DNA from: Paraphysomonas bandaiensis | Lineage: Eukaryota; Protista; Chrysophyceae | Length of the DNA stretch: 64,000 nt | NCBI GenBank assembly: GCA_965644295.1 | Contig: CBFFRP010000329.1 | Location: 1,060 to 65,059 of the forward strand | Reading direction: 5' to 3' | Shown: in pieces, positions 35,194 through 48,737 of the stretch | Layout: each line of letters opens with the position of its first letter | Numbering within the stretch: the stretch's first letter is position 1 | Made by a program: the position numbers and the translations under genes | Notes under the pieces: model-generated | Seen by the model: only the letters and a program-made list of their open reading frames with translations | Databases searched by the model: none | Told to the model about the DNA's origin: nothing

Positions 35194-35467
35194 TTAAGTT
35201 GGATAGGGTGGTAATCGCACACCGAGAGTATTGCATGCAACAGTAACTTCAACCTCTTCTGTGTTTTATGTTATAATTCATGGAAGTGGCGAGGGACGGC
35301 AGTTTCTTCGTCTAATATTTTAAGTATGGAAGTTTTATATTGTATGTTTTTCTAAAGTAACTAGATGGCTGCATGAATCACAATTAGTCACAGCTAATAA
35401 CGCTATGTCGCCCTGTAGTACTAGAATTCAATATCCAACCTAATCAAAACGGCTCATTACACCCAAT

Positions 35468-35882
35468 ATATATAGTCAGCAGATATAGTTCTGCTCACTC
35501 ATAGCCAAATGCTTGTGTGGTACAAGGGACGCTAAGTAGTGCAACCTATGTAGACGTCTTTGGGCCTTGACGAATAAACAATAAACAGGCATCCGTGGGG
35601 CCACCTTAAGGGCATTCGGGGTTATGGCTGCCTGCTGAAGTCAATTATTGGGAATGAGTTCACCTTAAGAACTCAAAACTCCTGAAGTCAGCAGATGTGA
35701 AGTATACCAGCATTCTTGTTGCTCACTGCGTTTGCTTTGAGGGATAGAGCAAGAGTTGTTGCCCCTTGGGTGCTTGCGGTGACGAACAAGCACCTTTGGT
35801 AGCGTTGAATAGTAGGATATCAAACTTAAGTGCTGACTCTTAAACGTCTATTGCTAATAATAAGAATATGACATTCACTACT
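35468..35882 (+). repeat. Dispersed repeat family A copy
   Basis: Same blocks as 13540-13845; ends CTATTGCTAATAATAAG...ACATTCACTA. Confidence 0.85.
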
Positions 35883-36012
35883 GTTACGCTGACCTCATTG
35901 CTCTGTATATGTAGCTATACGCGAGTATATTTTTTGACAAGGGTTTAAAAATAAAGCTATCTTATTTAAACAATTTATATTGGCTAGATTTAAAAATATG
36001 CTTCATATGGTG

Positions 36013-36798
36013 CAGGGCTAGGAAACAATACATTTCAATACTATTGTTAGAGAGCGTTCAATCAATACTATTGTTGGAGATTTTAAACAGGCCCAACAAT
36101 ACAATTACAATATATTGCCAATGTATTGCAATATATTAGTATGACTAATCAGTGGGTAAACACATCCGTAGATTCCATTTTTAGTATTAGTCATTAAGAT
36201 CACATAGACATGACAACTAAACCAACTATTGCTTATAGCTAATAAAAATCCACCTCGTCCTCATCCTCTGAGCCATCATCGGTGACGTCAACATTACCGT
36301 ATTCATTCACAAAATTTATTGAAATGTGTTAGTATTCGGCCACAACTGTCGAATCGCTTTCAGAAACAACAGACAGCATATTAAGTAGGATGGATACTTT
36401 TGCGAAACACTGATATAATATGTTTAGCTGCGCGAACAGACGCTCCCATGTATTGGAAGTACATACCAGGGCCTGGTAACCGTTAATTACTCGTGTACCT
36501 GTACGTTTCTTAAGTTTTTGAGCTGACTGAAGATTTTCAGTCGCATAGTCAACATCAGCTTCATCATCCTCTGTAAGGTTGTAATCAATTTCTCGGTTAT
36601 TTATATCCATTTTGCACCCTACAGTTGAGAATCTTCTCCTATATGACTATCATAATATTGATTGCAATATATTGTGAGATACTTTAACAAAAACAATATT
36701 GATGGGATTTTTGGTCGGTCGACCAATAAATATATTTTACAAATATTGCAATATATTGTACAATGTATTGCAATTCAATATATTGTTTCCTAGCCCTG
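36013..36798 (-). mobile_element. Internally deleted hAT DNA transposon
   Basis: Perfect 18-bp TIRs CAGGGCTAGGAAACAATA, perfect 8-bp TSD ATATGGTG (36005-36012, 36799-36806), subterminal TATTGCAATA repeats, residual ORF with TSNTWERLF (hAT dimerisation motif). Confidence 0.93.
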
Positions 36799-36885
36799 AT
36801 ATGGTGCAGCCATATAAGCGATACGACACGCGCCAGTGAGTCCTCAGACACACGAGCAGGGCGAAACTCACAAACAACATTAAGA

Positions 36886-37073
36886 ACGGAAGTGGTTGCA
36901 CCTTGGTGCTTGCGGCGACGCACAAGCAGCTTCTGTAGCGCTAAATAGTAGGATAATAGAATTTGTGCTGATTAGTTATGGGTAGAGGTCTAACTAGTAG
37001 ATCTAGTATTCAACTAGCCACTATATCGGAACGAGTTTTTAACGCCTATTGCTAAATAAAAAGACCTTCAATA
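36886..37073 (+). repeat. Dispersed repeat family A, 3' fragment
   Basis: Near-identical to reverse complement of 14303-14484. Confidence 0.88.
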
Positions 37074-37352
37074 TACGACATGTCTCACAAAATCTAGAGA
37101 TTATAAGTCGGTTTGATGAACAATGATGCTCAACCTCATACAGAGTAGTGTAATGATATATTAGGCGACGTAAGATATCAAGAGCCACGAAGAGCACAGT
37201 GAAATGATAAAAAAAATAGCACAATTATATCGACGACATACCGATACTCGTGATGGAAATTATCAACTGTCACAATATAATTCACACAATACTTTTCTAA
37301 AACAATATATATGTACTACAATGTTGAATCAAAATCATTGCCTACTATATTT

Positions 37353-38260
37353 CTAATCTGCTGACTCCGATGTACTTGCACTCCTACTACGCCCCTTTTC
37401 ACTGCCTTCTCTTTCACTCTTCTTAGACTTCTTCTTTTTCGACTTCTACAACACGTAATTTCTCCAATAAGGTAAAAGCTTAAGGTGCAACAACACAAGG
37501 TTGGCATTGCACCCAAGTGAATAGTGGCAAATAGCACAGTACACGATATTGTTGGGGAGGGCACACGCTATAAACGAACTTCAATTCCTACCTTGTGTTT
37601 TTTTTTATCTTTCTTACTTTTCTTGTCTTTCTTATTCCTTTTCTTTTTATGCTCTGAGGAGCTCTCGTCGCTGCTGCTATCATCAGAGTCGCTATACAAC
37701 TGCCGCTTCCTCGCTTGCGCGTTGCTCTGTTCATGGGTACAAATTATAAAGAATGACTGACGAAAAACATTGAGGACTATAAACACGAAGACAACATGTA
37801 CATGTTAAATGTTACAATGGCGCAACCTGTGCGAGTTTCCTCTCTCGCTCTGCATCTAGCTCTGCTCTGTATTCACTCATTCGCCTCATTTCCGCACCAG
37901 CCATATCCAATTTGTCTTCATTATCTTTCTTATACTGTTCCCAGGAGGGCCGATTGGGGTCTATTAATGATATCAATGCAACATCATCATCAGACAGCCC
38001 GCAGATCTACCTGCAATCTTTTCAGCTAAAGTGCGCGCTTCACGACCAGTCGCCATGCGCTGAAACGCATCAAATGTTGAACTCGCAGATAACTGTGTAG
38101 TGACTGTATGAGTGCTCTGTGTCTGTGCAGTGGTCTTATAGGCCTTCTCCCTCTCATGTCGCTTATCATCCATACGCCTATCAAGAACTGCATTGTAATT
38201 CACACCACACCCGCCCTTCTTAAACCCATCATCTCGATCATCTTTCCTTGACTTCTTCAT
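37353..38260 (-). CDS. Small Lys/Ser-rich nuclear-type protein, possibly FAM133-like (spliced)
   Basis: Exons give ...LAEKIA-DPNRPSWEQYKKDNEDKL... then SDSDDSSSDESSSEHKKKRNKKDKK tail. Confidence 0.6.
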
Positions 38261-38852
38261 TCTATTATTGTTCTTATTACGATCAATTGAACTGCAGAGG
38301 GTGCAGTGCATGCATGAGGCGTGCTGTTGAGTGCACAGCAGACTCGACTATTGAGCTTCACGTACAGCAGTACACAGCCGTTTATGCAGAAATATGTCAC
38401 TTTTATGCCCTGTGGGTTCAAATATTGGGAGTTTTTAGTATTTCCTGGTCCGAATAGTGAGGAAATAGAGAATTTCGAGAAACCTTCTTCGCAAATTACA
38501 AATAGTGGATAGTGCGTGTTCTAAAAATCAAGGTTATTAATAGTAAATTTAGGGTTTTAAAACTACGAAAAGTTATGTGAATATTTTATATGTGAGGACA
38601 TACTGCTGTATACCTACCATATACAGTCCGTATATTTAGTCCCCTTCTGTACACCAACTGCACTGTAGTTGGGTGTATTCCGCTGTATACATCAGTTTAA
38701 GGCTATGGCTGGAACAGCACACACACATACATACATACATACATAACACACAGAGACACACAGAGACGCAGAGACGCAGAGAGGCGACTGCTCTCTTATC
38801 CACACTCTCCACTCAACACCAAACATCCCAATCCCTGTGCCTGTATGGTCCT

Positions 38853-40229
38853 ATGAGCATCAGTCGCATGAGACGGTGTACATCATCATCAGCAGTGTCA
38901 TTATTAGGGAGTCGTCGGCTCTCATCTCACACTCCCATCGACCCCACCAGAGACACAGACACAGACAGAGACACAGACAGAGACAGGGACACAGACAGGG
39001 ACAGAGACACAGACAGAGACAGAGACAGGGACAGGGACAGGGTCAGCTCATTCAGCATAGCTCCTATGATGGACTATACGAACAAACATCAGCGCTCTCT
39101 CATGAGACTCATCACTAAACGATCTGTGCTGTACACTGAGATGGTTGTGTGCAATGCTCTCATTCGACGAGACGACAAAGAAAGGAGTCTTCACGCTGAT
39201 TTTGATGTGGAGGATCCCCTCGTGCTGCAGTTGGGAGGATCAGACCCGAAGCAGATGGAAGAAGCATCCAAGATTGCTTTTGATTATGGCTATCGTGCGT
39301 TCAATATCAATGTTGGGTGTCCGAGTCAAAAAGTTTCAGGTACAACTATCATCATACACTGTTCTCTGTACATACTGTAATGAATGGTATATATTAGGTG
39401 CAGGGTGCTTTGGTGCTGTACTTATGAAGGATCCACACCTCGTCTCTGACCTCTGCCAGGCTATCAGCAATACAACAGGGTGTTCACCTAGTGTTAAGTG
39501 TCGAATTGGTATTGATAATGACGATCAGTATGAATATGTTGCCTCGTTTGTAGATACTGTGATGCGAAATGGAAGTGTAAATGAGTTCATCATTCATGCC
39601 AGAAAGGCGATTTTAGGCGTGAAAATGACTCCTGCTGACAACCGCAAAATTCCGCCACTAAAATATGACTACGTCTACCGCTTAGTAAAAGACTTTCCTA
39701 CAGCTGAATTCACTATCAATGGTGGAATTACTAGTTATGATGAGATGTCAGATCATATTAAGAGTGGTGTGCATGGCGTAATGGTGGGTCGTGGTGTCGT
39801 AGCATCACCGTACTACTACAGGCATGTAGACAGCTGGTTGGATGGCAACGTCATTAATTTTGAAAATGGAGAGGTAGAGAAGAATACTAAAGGCGAAGGT
39901 CAGTGCCATATCGTTGCGTCAGTGGATGTGTATATTGTAGCGCTACGTTTATATATGTCAAGTGAAACTAATATAATTGAATAGGTTTTACTCGACGACA
40001 GATAGTTGATGCATATGCTGAATATGCAGATAGATCAGAGAAGTCTGGAGAGGTTTGTAATAGAGCTTTATTGCTGAAGCCACTGCATAATTTATTCAAT
40101 GGTGCGAAGAATGCTAGGGTGTATAGGCGTATGCTTTCAGAGTATACGATAGATAGAACGCTATGTGTCAAAGACGTCATACTTAAATCATGTTCTGTTA
40201 TTTCAGATGACGATATGGATTACTATTAA
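38853..40229 (+). CDS. dusA: tRNA-dihydrouridine(20/20a) synthase, DusA-like (spliced)
   Basis: IAPMMDYT, LQLGGSDP, NINVGCPS, GCFGAVLM, HARKA, NRKIPPLKY, INGGI, GVMVGR. Confidence 0.93.
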
Positions 40230-41335
40230 TATATAGAATTTGCTTGTAATTCATTCAGACCGTGTTGCTGTTTATACTTTCTAACGACTTCAGGTGTTAA
40301 TTGTCTACCTTGCTCCTTACGCTTATATATTTCAGAAACTGAATTTAAATGCCGCATACTGTTCATTGTTTAAGATGATTCCTTTTGGGCACAAATAAAG
40401 TATCACCAACATAATTTTAGCTTTCTTTTATACTAACCACTAATAAACATCTGTATCTTGAAACGTCACGATACTTCAGTTTAACAGTTCTATAACTGTT
40501 TTTCATATATTGAACATATATTACATTCTACAGTTCTATCTCGGAAACATATGTACTCCAACAATCTTACAAACCCTAATTATTAATTTTATTCTACAAT
40601 TTTTGCAACAATTTTATAATATATATTAAGAGAAATTGGTTATGCTCTATTGTACTGAACAAAATTATGACGTGATATATATTATTACATAACACATCTG
40701 AAATAGACGAGTGATCATCACATCGATCATCACACAAAATCGAAGTGATGATAGTATTGAACAATGGGCAATTGCAATTGTACTTACGCAGGCACACCTG
40801 TCTACAAGTAAAACGTGATATCCTTTTTAGCTTCTGGGGTTGATTAAAGATGTGGCATGTATACATGTGAACCTGCATTCCTATTATCCAAATATGTAAT
40901 TCTCTAACTCCTTGCAGTGTTGCTCCGAATTTCAGTGAGTGCCTCGGCGTCTCGCTGAGTGAGCTTCATTTCCGTCGTGTACCAAGAGATAGCAGCCTTG
41001 TTGATTTCGCCAGTAGATTTTAAAACAAGTCGATAAAAATTTGATGGTTATTGCTTATTGCACAGTACAGACGTATGAAAGAGTGAAACTAGAATGAAAT
41101 AAAGCTGGGATGCTGGGAAGATAGTATGAATAGGAGTTACTGAATAAGGATCCTTAGATGTGCATAAACAACTGAAGATTACCTAGCTATGTCTTCAAGA
41201 CCTATTGAATAAGAGTAGCGTACACAAAGCGAATATGCTACTCAAAAACCAAAATTGGAGTTTCATTAGTAACTCTTAAAAATGTATCCAGAAATCACAG
41301 AAGGAGGACGTTTCTAAATTCTCGTTTCTAGATAG

Positions 41336-44124
41336 CTACTCATACTTATTGGCATACCGCGCCAAGGCCCATATAGGAAACACGTTGCGATAAGCAGTGT
41401 AGGTGATTCCACAGGATCTGTTGAAAACACCCGTTATCCCTTCCTGAGCCCAGTCACCAGATGGAAGCTGCACATAAAATATTAGTGAAGACTTTCTTGT
41501 AAAAAGTACACCGATAAGCTTGCAAAATAAGCATGTGACTCGGAGACAACAACGTCATATGTAACGTATATATATACTACGTAATGAATCACCTGTTTGG
41601 CGCGCAAATAATTGATGCCCCTATCAATAGCAGCCTTGTTATCACATTCCCCTGCCAGCAGTGCTAGCAGCGCCCACGCCGTCTGGACAACCCCACTGTT
41701 GTCCTCCCCATAGGTACCAGTACCATCATATGGGTAGGCCTTGTCCACACAGGCAACGTAACTCTCGCCCCAACCGCCATTAGGGTTTTGTTTCGAGAGA
41801 ATGAACCGGATCGCCCTACCAATGTGCGGAGAGTCCAACGGTTCGCCAGCAGACACTAGACCCTCAATGCCAAACCAAGTGCCGTATGTAAAACACACAC
41901 CCCACGACCCATACCACGATCCATCCCCACGCTGGATAGACTTTAAAAATCTTCTTCCTGCCTGAATGGCATTCATTACCTCCGCCGCTCGGTGACTAGG
42001 ATGATTCTTGTGGAATGATCGCAGAGCTGTAATACAGGCTGAAGTGCACTCCACATAGCTGTAATCAATCATAATATCTCCGAAAACCTCACTCGGATTC
42101 AACATCTCGTACCAACGATACCCACGGTTATTTTCGTACGTTGCCCATCCTCCATCCGCATTGTGCAGTTCCAAAATGACATTCACAGCATCGAACAAGC
42201 GGTCTCTAGGAATTCTCTCTTCCTCTGTCAGCAGACCACCAATCGTAGAATTGTGGATTGCGAGAACACCTTTAAGGCCTTCTGCAGTACAATCCGAAAT
42301 GGGCCACCCGTGGGCAGCGGTCGAAAACGGCCAACCACCTTTCGACTTTTGACGAAACCACTTTTCGCGATCCACTTCATCGTCAGCAATCTGGGTACGC
42401 TTTAGATAGGAGTATATTTTTTTGGAGCACTGAGGAAACATGTCCGTAAACCCACCCTCGACGATGGCTTGGATACAAAAAGAAGTGTCCCAGCACTGGG
42501 ATCCGTTATAGCCCTGCATCTTCATACCATCTTCTGCAACCCACAGATAATCATCAATTCGAAGTAGGTGTCTCTGGAAATTCTCGCAGGTAATATCATG
42601 ACCTTCGTGCACATATGTACAAAGCATATTTAAGCTCTTGTTGACGGGACCAATATCTACGAAGTTGGTTTGAATGTCTTCTGCATGCATATACTCGGCA
42701 ACATATTGCAGCGCCTGCCCACGGAGCTTAACCAGAAACGGTACATGGGGAAGAATTCGCTCATATATTGACAAAACGTCCTGGGCAATTTTCATGACGG
42801 GATTCAAAGGACTGTACGCGTCGATCTCAGCACACGTCTGACGATAATTGTCCTGTATACATTTCACAATTAGGGATTATATTCCACACATATAAGCTAT
42901 GCAGAAGGGCTACTTGTAGATAGATTAAAAAAAGGACTGCTACGTACCCAGTTCAGTGTATCGTAGTCAAACCCTTCAGGATACAACTCACGACGGAGCG
43001 CAGATAGAGTCTCGTCGCCAGCGACATCAGGAGTAAACCTGGCACCATACAAGTAGCACATAGGAAGATAAACCATTCTCGCATGACACCACATTTTCCC
43101 AGGGTGAAGAGGCATCCAACGAGGCAAAAACCACATCTCTGGTGGAACCGAATTTATCCCATCCCAGTGATAAACTCCAATCATGGCCAGAAAGAACTTC
43201 GCCCAAGATGGGGCGTACAACGCCCCTCCGTGCTTAAGGATAAACTCCCGGCCTGCAAGCATATACTGCTCCGAGGGATCCACACCGAGAAGTCTCAGAG
43301 TTGTATAACTTAGCACCGAGCCGAACATTGTTGAGGCACACTCAATGTGTGTTCCCCATCCACCATCAGCCTGTTGGTGATTCTTTAGGTATGCGATCAT
43401 TGCATCTTTGCGAGCTTGAGGGAACGGAGCCTTGGTAACATAAAGAGTGCACACCAAACCGGGCATGAGGAACATTGGGCCACCATAATCTCCAGCCCAA
43501 TGTCCATCATCACACTGAATCATCTGATAAAACGAAAGGCCTTTGATCGCAGTGTCTCGGGCAGTAGCTGGCGTCTCTTCTGTTGGCATCGATCCTCGCC
43601 TATAGCATATCATGAGAGGGTATAAAGGAGAACATACGCACGACAGTCCTCACCACTTGCTGAGCATAATATCTCTAAATATCTTATCCGATGCATTGGG
43701 GTTCACAGAGGGATTAAACACATGCTCCTGCTGGAACTCCTGGTCCTCTCCTTCCCCCTCCTCGTCCTCCTCCAGGTACCATATCTGTCTCCCGGCTGAT
43801 TCTCCAGTTAGAGTAATACCCTCTGAGCCGTAACTGCTGCTGCTCCTTTCTGTTATCTCATGAGATTTTTTGTCCTCTGCAAATCTCCAGTTTCCCTTTA
43901 AACGAGTCTCGCGGTTCCTCCACTCTCCTCGACGAAGCAATGGCTTCTTCCTGGGACCTTCAGGGGTATGTTAGATTATCATATAAGGGGTGACGGTGCG
44001 TACCTCCCGGGTATGAGCAGGGCTGACCGCATATTATGTTAGTGAATATATAACCCAACACAGCCCATACAGCAGACACCACTGCAGGGATATAGGCGAC
44101 TATGCGTGCGATAGAACCGGACAT
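41336..44124 (-). CDS. CAS1: Oxidosqualene cyclase, cycloartenol synthase type (spliced)
   Basis: DCTAE catalytic motif in [22 protein letters not shown] repeats, [17 protein letters not shown]; start codon inferred. Confidence 0.95.
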
Positions 44125-44696
44125 GGTGATAGGGGATACTGTTAGTGCCTGCCTACTATATGACTATGTTAGAGCAGGGGGTAGAGGGCCCACTCGATGT
44201 GATGGATCTGATCTAGCTATGGAAACACTGTACTGGCTCATGCACATGGATGTATGTATGTATGTGTGTGTGTGTGTGTGTGTGTATGCACGGACACCCC
44301 CCACCACATCCTACAGACAGAAGAGGTTGACGTATACCTACAGCTGTATACCGTATACAGTACTGTATACTGACTTCTAGATCACTCACTTTGGAATACG
44401 GAATATACATACTGTATACTTGTGTAATGTAAATACAGCATATACGGCAGTATATACAGTAGAATACCAATGTACCTGACGATTGTTCTTGGACGAGTGT
44501 ACAGGTACACTATATATATACACAGAGAGGAGTGTATGTGTACCTATAAAGACGAGTGTACTGTTGTAGTTGTACTGCAGCTGCACATGGATTGGTGCTA
44601 TTGAGGCCATCTATTGCTGTAGCTATGCATGCACACTCCGGACAACCAACAACAACCTTGTCACATCATAACCACACTCGTTTCAAGACCACAACA

Positions 44697-46832
44697 ATGA
44701 GCGACGACTCTGATTCTGATTCTGATTATTCCCCAGAGGCTGATGCTGAGGAAGAGCAGCAACAAGTACGTGCAATAGTATAGTGCAAGTGTGATATGCT
44801 ACAGTTATATGATTACAGTATAGTGCAAGTGTGATATGCTACAGTTATATGATTACAGTATAGTGCAAGTGTGATATGCTACAGTTATATGATTATAGTA
44901 TAGTGCAAGTGTGATATGCTACAGTTATATGATTATAGTATAGTGCAAGTGTGATATGCTACAGTTATATGATTATAGTATAGTGCAAGTGTGATATGCT
45001 ACAGTTATATGATTATAGTATAGTGCAAGTGTGATATGCTACAGTTATATGATTATAGTATAGTGCAAGTGTGATATGCTACAGTTATATGATTATAGTA
45101 TAGTGCAAGTGTGATATGCTACAGTTATATGATTATAGTATAGTGCAAGTGTGATATGCTACAGTTATATGATTATAGTATAGTGCAAGTGTGATATGCT
45201 ACAGTTATATGATTATAGTATAGTGCAAGTGTGATATGCTACAGTTATATGATTATAGTATAGTGCAAGTGTGATATGCTACAGTTATATGATTATAGTA
45301 TAGTGCAAGTGTGATATGCTACAGTTATATGATTATAGTATAGTGCAAGTGTGATATGCTACAGTTATATGATTATAGTATAGTGCAAGTGTGATATGCT
45401 ACAGTTATATGATTATAGTATAGTGCAAGTGTGATATGCTACAGTTATATGATTATAGTATAGTGCAAGTGTGATATGCTACAGTTATATGATTATAGTA
45501 TAGTGCAAGTGTGATATGCTACAGTTATATGATTATAGTATAGTTGTCACACGAAAATATGTTTTTATTTTTGTTGTGTTTGTAAAATAGGACTCATCCA
45601 AAGCCCTCTCGGGATTGACCTTCTCTCGAAAACGAAAGGCTGAAGAGGCTTGGGCCAGTATGGTGGAAGAAGATAATGCAGCTGTTAGGGATAGAATGGA
45701 CAAATGCTTACGGCCTACTAACATTAACCGAGGCAAGAAATCCAAGAGAAAAAGGAGAAAGATTCAAAATGTAGGCACAACTAAAGTCCAATGAACCCAT
45801 TGCGGTTTAATATTTTGTGTAGCTAATGAGTCAAATATTTGGGTCTGGCATAAAGATGTCTACTGAAAGGTCTGAACTAGAATACCTACAAGATGTGTAT
45901 GCTGATATTTCTACGATATATAGCACAGAGAAGATGCAAAGTTCATCTGAAAGGGATGGCAAAAGCGATGTGGGAGGTGGTATAGCATTGTTAGAGTAGT
46001 TGTATTCTAATATATATCGTTATTTCAGTCGATCAGGCGAGATCCATCGTACAGAAGCTTCAACGAAACACGAAAGTTGTTGAAACGAAGAAGTTTGCAG
46101 GACAATCTATCCAGTAAGTATTCTTGATATAAAATCATATCAGTGTTATCAATGTCTGCTATGCTAATGTGAGTTTGCGTGTCTTCCAGAATTGAGAGAA
46201 CGGTGAAAGTTGGCGAATCAAAGCCCGTCCCTACACCCAGTGAACCGTCGTCTTCTCTTGATAAGGTAGAGAATCCATTTGGACATTTTGATTTTATCAT
46301 TTCGTATCTTAACACACTGCCTTACCGGTGAACTCCTTGCATAGCATTCAATCTACTGATGCCTCTTTCGTATTTGTTTATATCCTATGCTGATCACTAC
46401 TGAACTATCAGGTTATTGGTGAGCTCAAAGGCCCTCAAGTAGTTTCTACAGTGACCAAATCGTCCATGGACTGGGATGGGTACAAGGACAAGGAGGGACT
46501 TGAAGAGGATCTTGCACAAGCATCTAAAGAGGGGTAAGTTGACTTTAATGTGCTCAGAATGACCTCTCTTCAGTATTCGCTTTGGGTAATTTTGTTATTG
46601 GTGTATTAATATGACGATGGTGTTGTGTAGTCGAAGCTTAATGTTGTATTGTTTATGTTGACCTCTGTTTTGGCGACACTACATAGCCGTAGTGTGACAT
46701 TAACTCTTATGTCATAATGATCAATTCCTGAGCAGATATCTTACGAGAAAAGATTTCCTCGAACGTTGTGATGTGCGCGAATTTGAGAAAGAGAGGGACC
46801 AGAGACTCTTGAATGCCTCGAAAAAGAAGTAA
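44697..46832 (+). CDS. CFDP1: BCNT-domain protein (CFDP1/Swc5) (spliced)
   Basis: Acidic N-terminus SDSDYSP, KFAGQ, STVTKSSMDWDGYK, GYLTRKDFLERCDVREFEKER. Confidence 0.9.
44777..45544. repeat. 40-bp minisatellite, ~19 copies, in first intron of CFDP1
   Basis: TAGTATAGTGCAAGTGTGATATGCTACAGTTATATGATTA in tandem with no spacers. Confidence 0.98.
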
Positions 46833-47647
46833 AAAAGAGATACTGTATTCCTGTTTTAAGTTGTAGATTATTTTGTAAGTGATTGATAGTGGAAGTTATG
46901 TACTTCTGATAGTCATGTATAAATAATACTAGTAGTATAATTTTACTCGGATATTATGATACTGCGATGTCTTGTCATATCTCATTGAATCCATAGATTT
47001 TACCCACGATCCTAATCTTGTCTATTAATTGACACTGGTTGTAGTCAATTGTCTCTGGAAGCCATGTCCATCAAACAATATAATATTGAATATCGACCTA
47101 TTTACCAAGAGATTCGCTCCTCTTGCAACTCCTTTGGTTTGTAGTTCATGAAATAGTATTTGCAATGAATGCCTATCTGACTACATAGCTATAAGCTACA
47201 AGCAGCTTCTCAATTAAAGAAATTGAATGTTGTTATCATCAATTTATAATTGTTACCTACATTTCTCCCGCTCTAAGGAAAGCCGTTCATCCAAAATTAT
47301 TCTTTATCTTGCCGATACTTAAAAATTGCTAGTATATGTACTTACGACAGTGAAGGCTTTGGGTACCACCACAGATATCAAAAACGCGTGGGAAGTTTTA
47401 TTGTAAATGGTTATTGTTATCAAAGCATAAAACGGCTCCATACTGTGGGATTATCTTAATTATAAATATAGATCCTCGATGCGATGAAGGTTATTCGAAG
47501 TAAACAGTACGTTGCAACCAAACTGACGGTGAGGCAAAGTATGCAACTATAATTCTCAATATCTTTTCACATGATAAATGTCATTGTACATGACGGACTA
47601 TCGGTTTGGTAGGCAAATATATAACTTTTCTTGCTGCAACCGCACTA

Positions 47648-48737
47648 TTACACCTTAGGCTTAGCAACCGCAAAGATGATACCAATTATCACACCAAGAA
47701 CAACAATGCAAATACCGACCAAGCAGCATTGCCTTCCACGAATGGCTTTTTGATATTCGATGGCTTGTGTCATATCTACATTAGCCTCCTGTATATAGTC
47801 GGCGGCAGACTTAACTTGGAACTCAATTTGGTCCAATAACTCTCCTTGCTGCTCTGTTAGCACGGCGAAGTCCAGAAACATTTGGTGAAGCTCAGCCACT
47901 GACGCCTCCAAAGCCAACACATCCTGGTATTTGTCCGCCACATTCATATAAGCGTTGCGAATTGGATCCGCGGCATCACCCTAAAATCCATCGCAATATA
48001 TCATCCATACAGTACAAATAAATATAACATGGACACTACTGTGAATTATAGACATGTGCCAAATGTGTGAATGGGGTTGTGTTGAGCCATTCAACTCACG
48101 TTTAAAATCGCATTACGAAGGACCCCTCCAGATCCCCCACCCGACTTCAATACAGCATCTATCTCTTCAGTTGTGGCATCAGGCTTTACAATATGAACTT
48201 GTCGCTTCACTTTCTTCCGGATGTCCGTTTTATATTTTTGCTGCGCATTCTGGTATTCTTTCATCACATCAACGAACTTTCTAGTTAGAGTGTTAACTAA
48301 ATTTTCTCGAATTCTCAGCTCTGACATCTTAGGGTTGCTATCTTTAAGTGAGTTTGTCTCCTCTCCCAATCTGTATCGAAAACACAGTGAAGACATTCAA
48401 CTGTAATACTGAAAGTAAACCTTTGGAGTATCTGTTTACTCAGTGCAGCCCTTTTATTTGTCTCAGCTAAGAGTGGAGTCAATTCTGCGCTCAATTCACT
48501 TTCTTTCTCAGATGTTGTGGCGAGAATAACATCTTGATTGATTTGCGCGATACGTTTCGTTGCAACACGAATAGACATAATGTTCTGCTTCACTAACTCT
48601 ACACCACTAAAAAAATCCTGCATGAAATTAGACTCTTTTGGAATCAAAGAATCGGTTCCTGTGGGAGTCATGTCGATCCCGACGTTCTCTGGTGATGCTG
48701 CTGCACCTTTCTTGAGCTCAGTGAGTCGATCGTTCAT
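47648..48737 (-). CDS. Plasma-membrane syntaxin (Qa-SNARE) (3 exons)
   Basis: MNDRLTEL N-peptide, Habc helices, LHQMFLDFAVLTEQQGELLDQIE SNARE motif, C-terminal TM. Confidence 0.95.

Noticed and set aside
44777-45544. CRISPR-like regular array
   Set aside because: Units are contiguous with no unique spacers; eukaryotic intron; no cas genes
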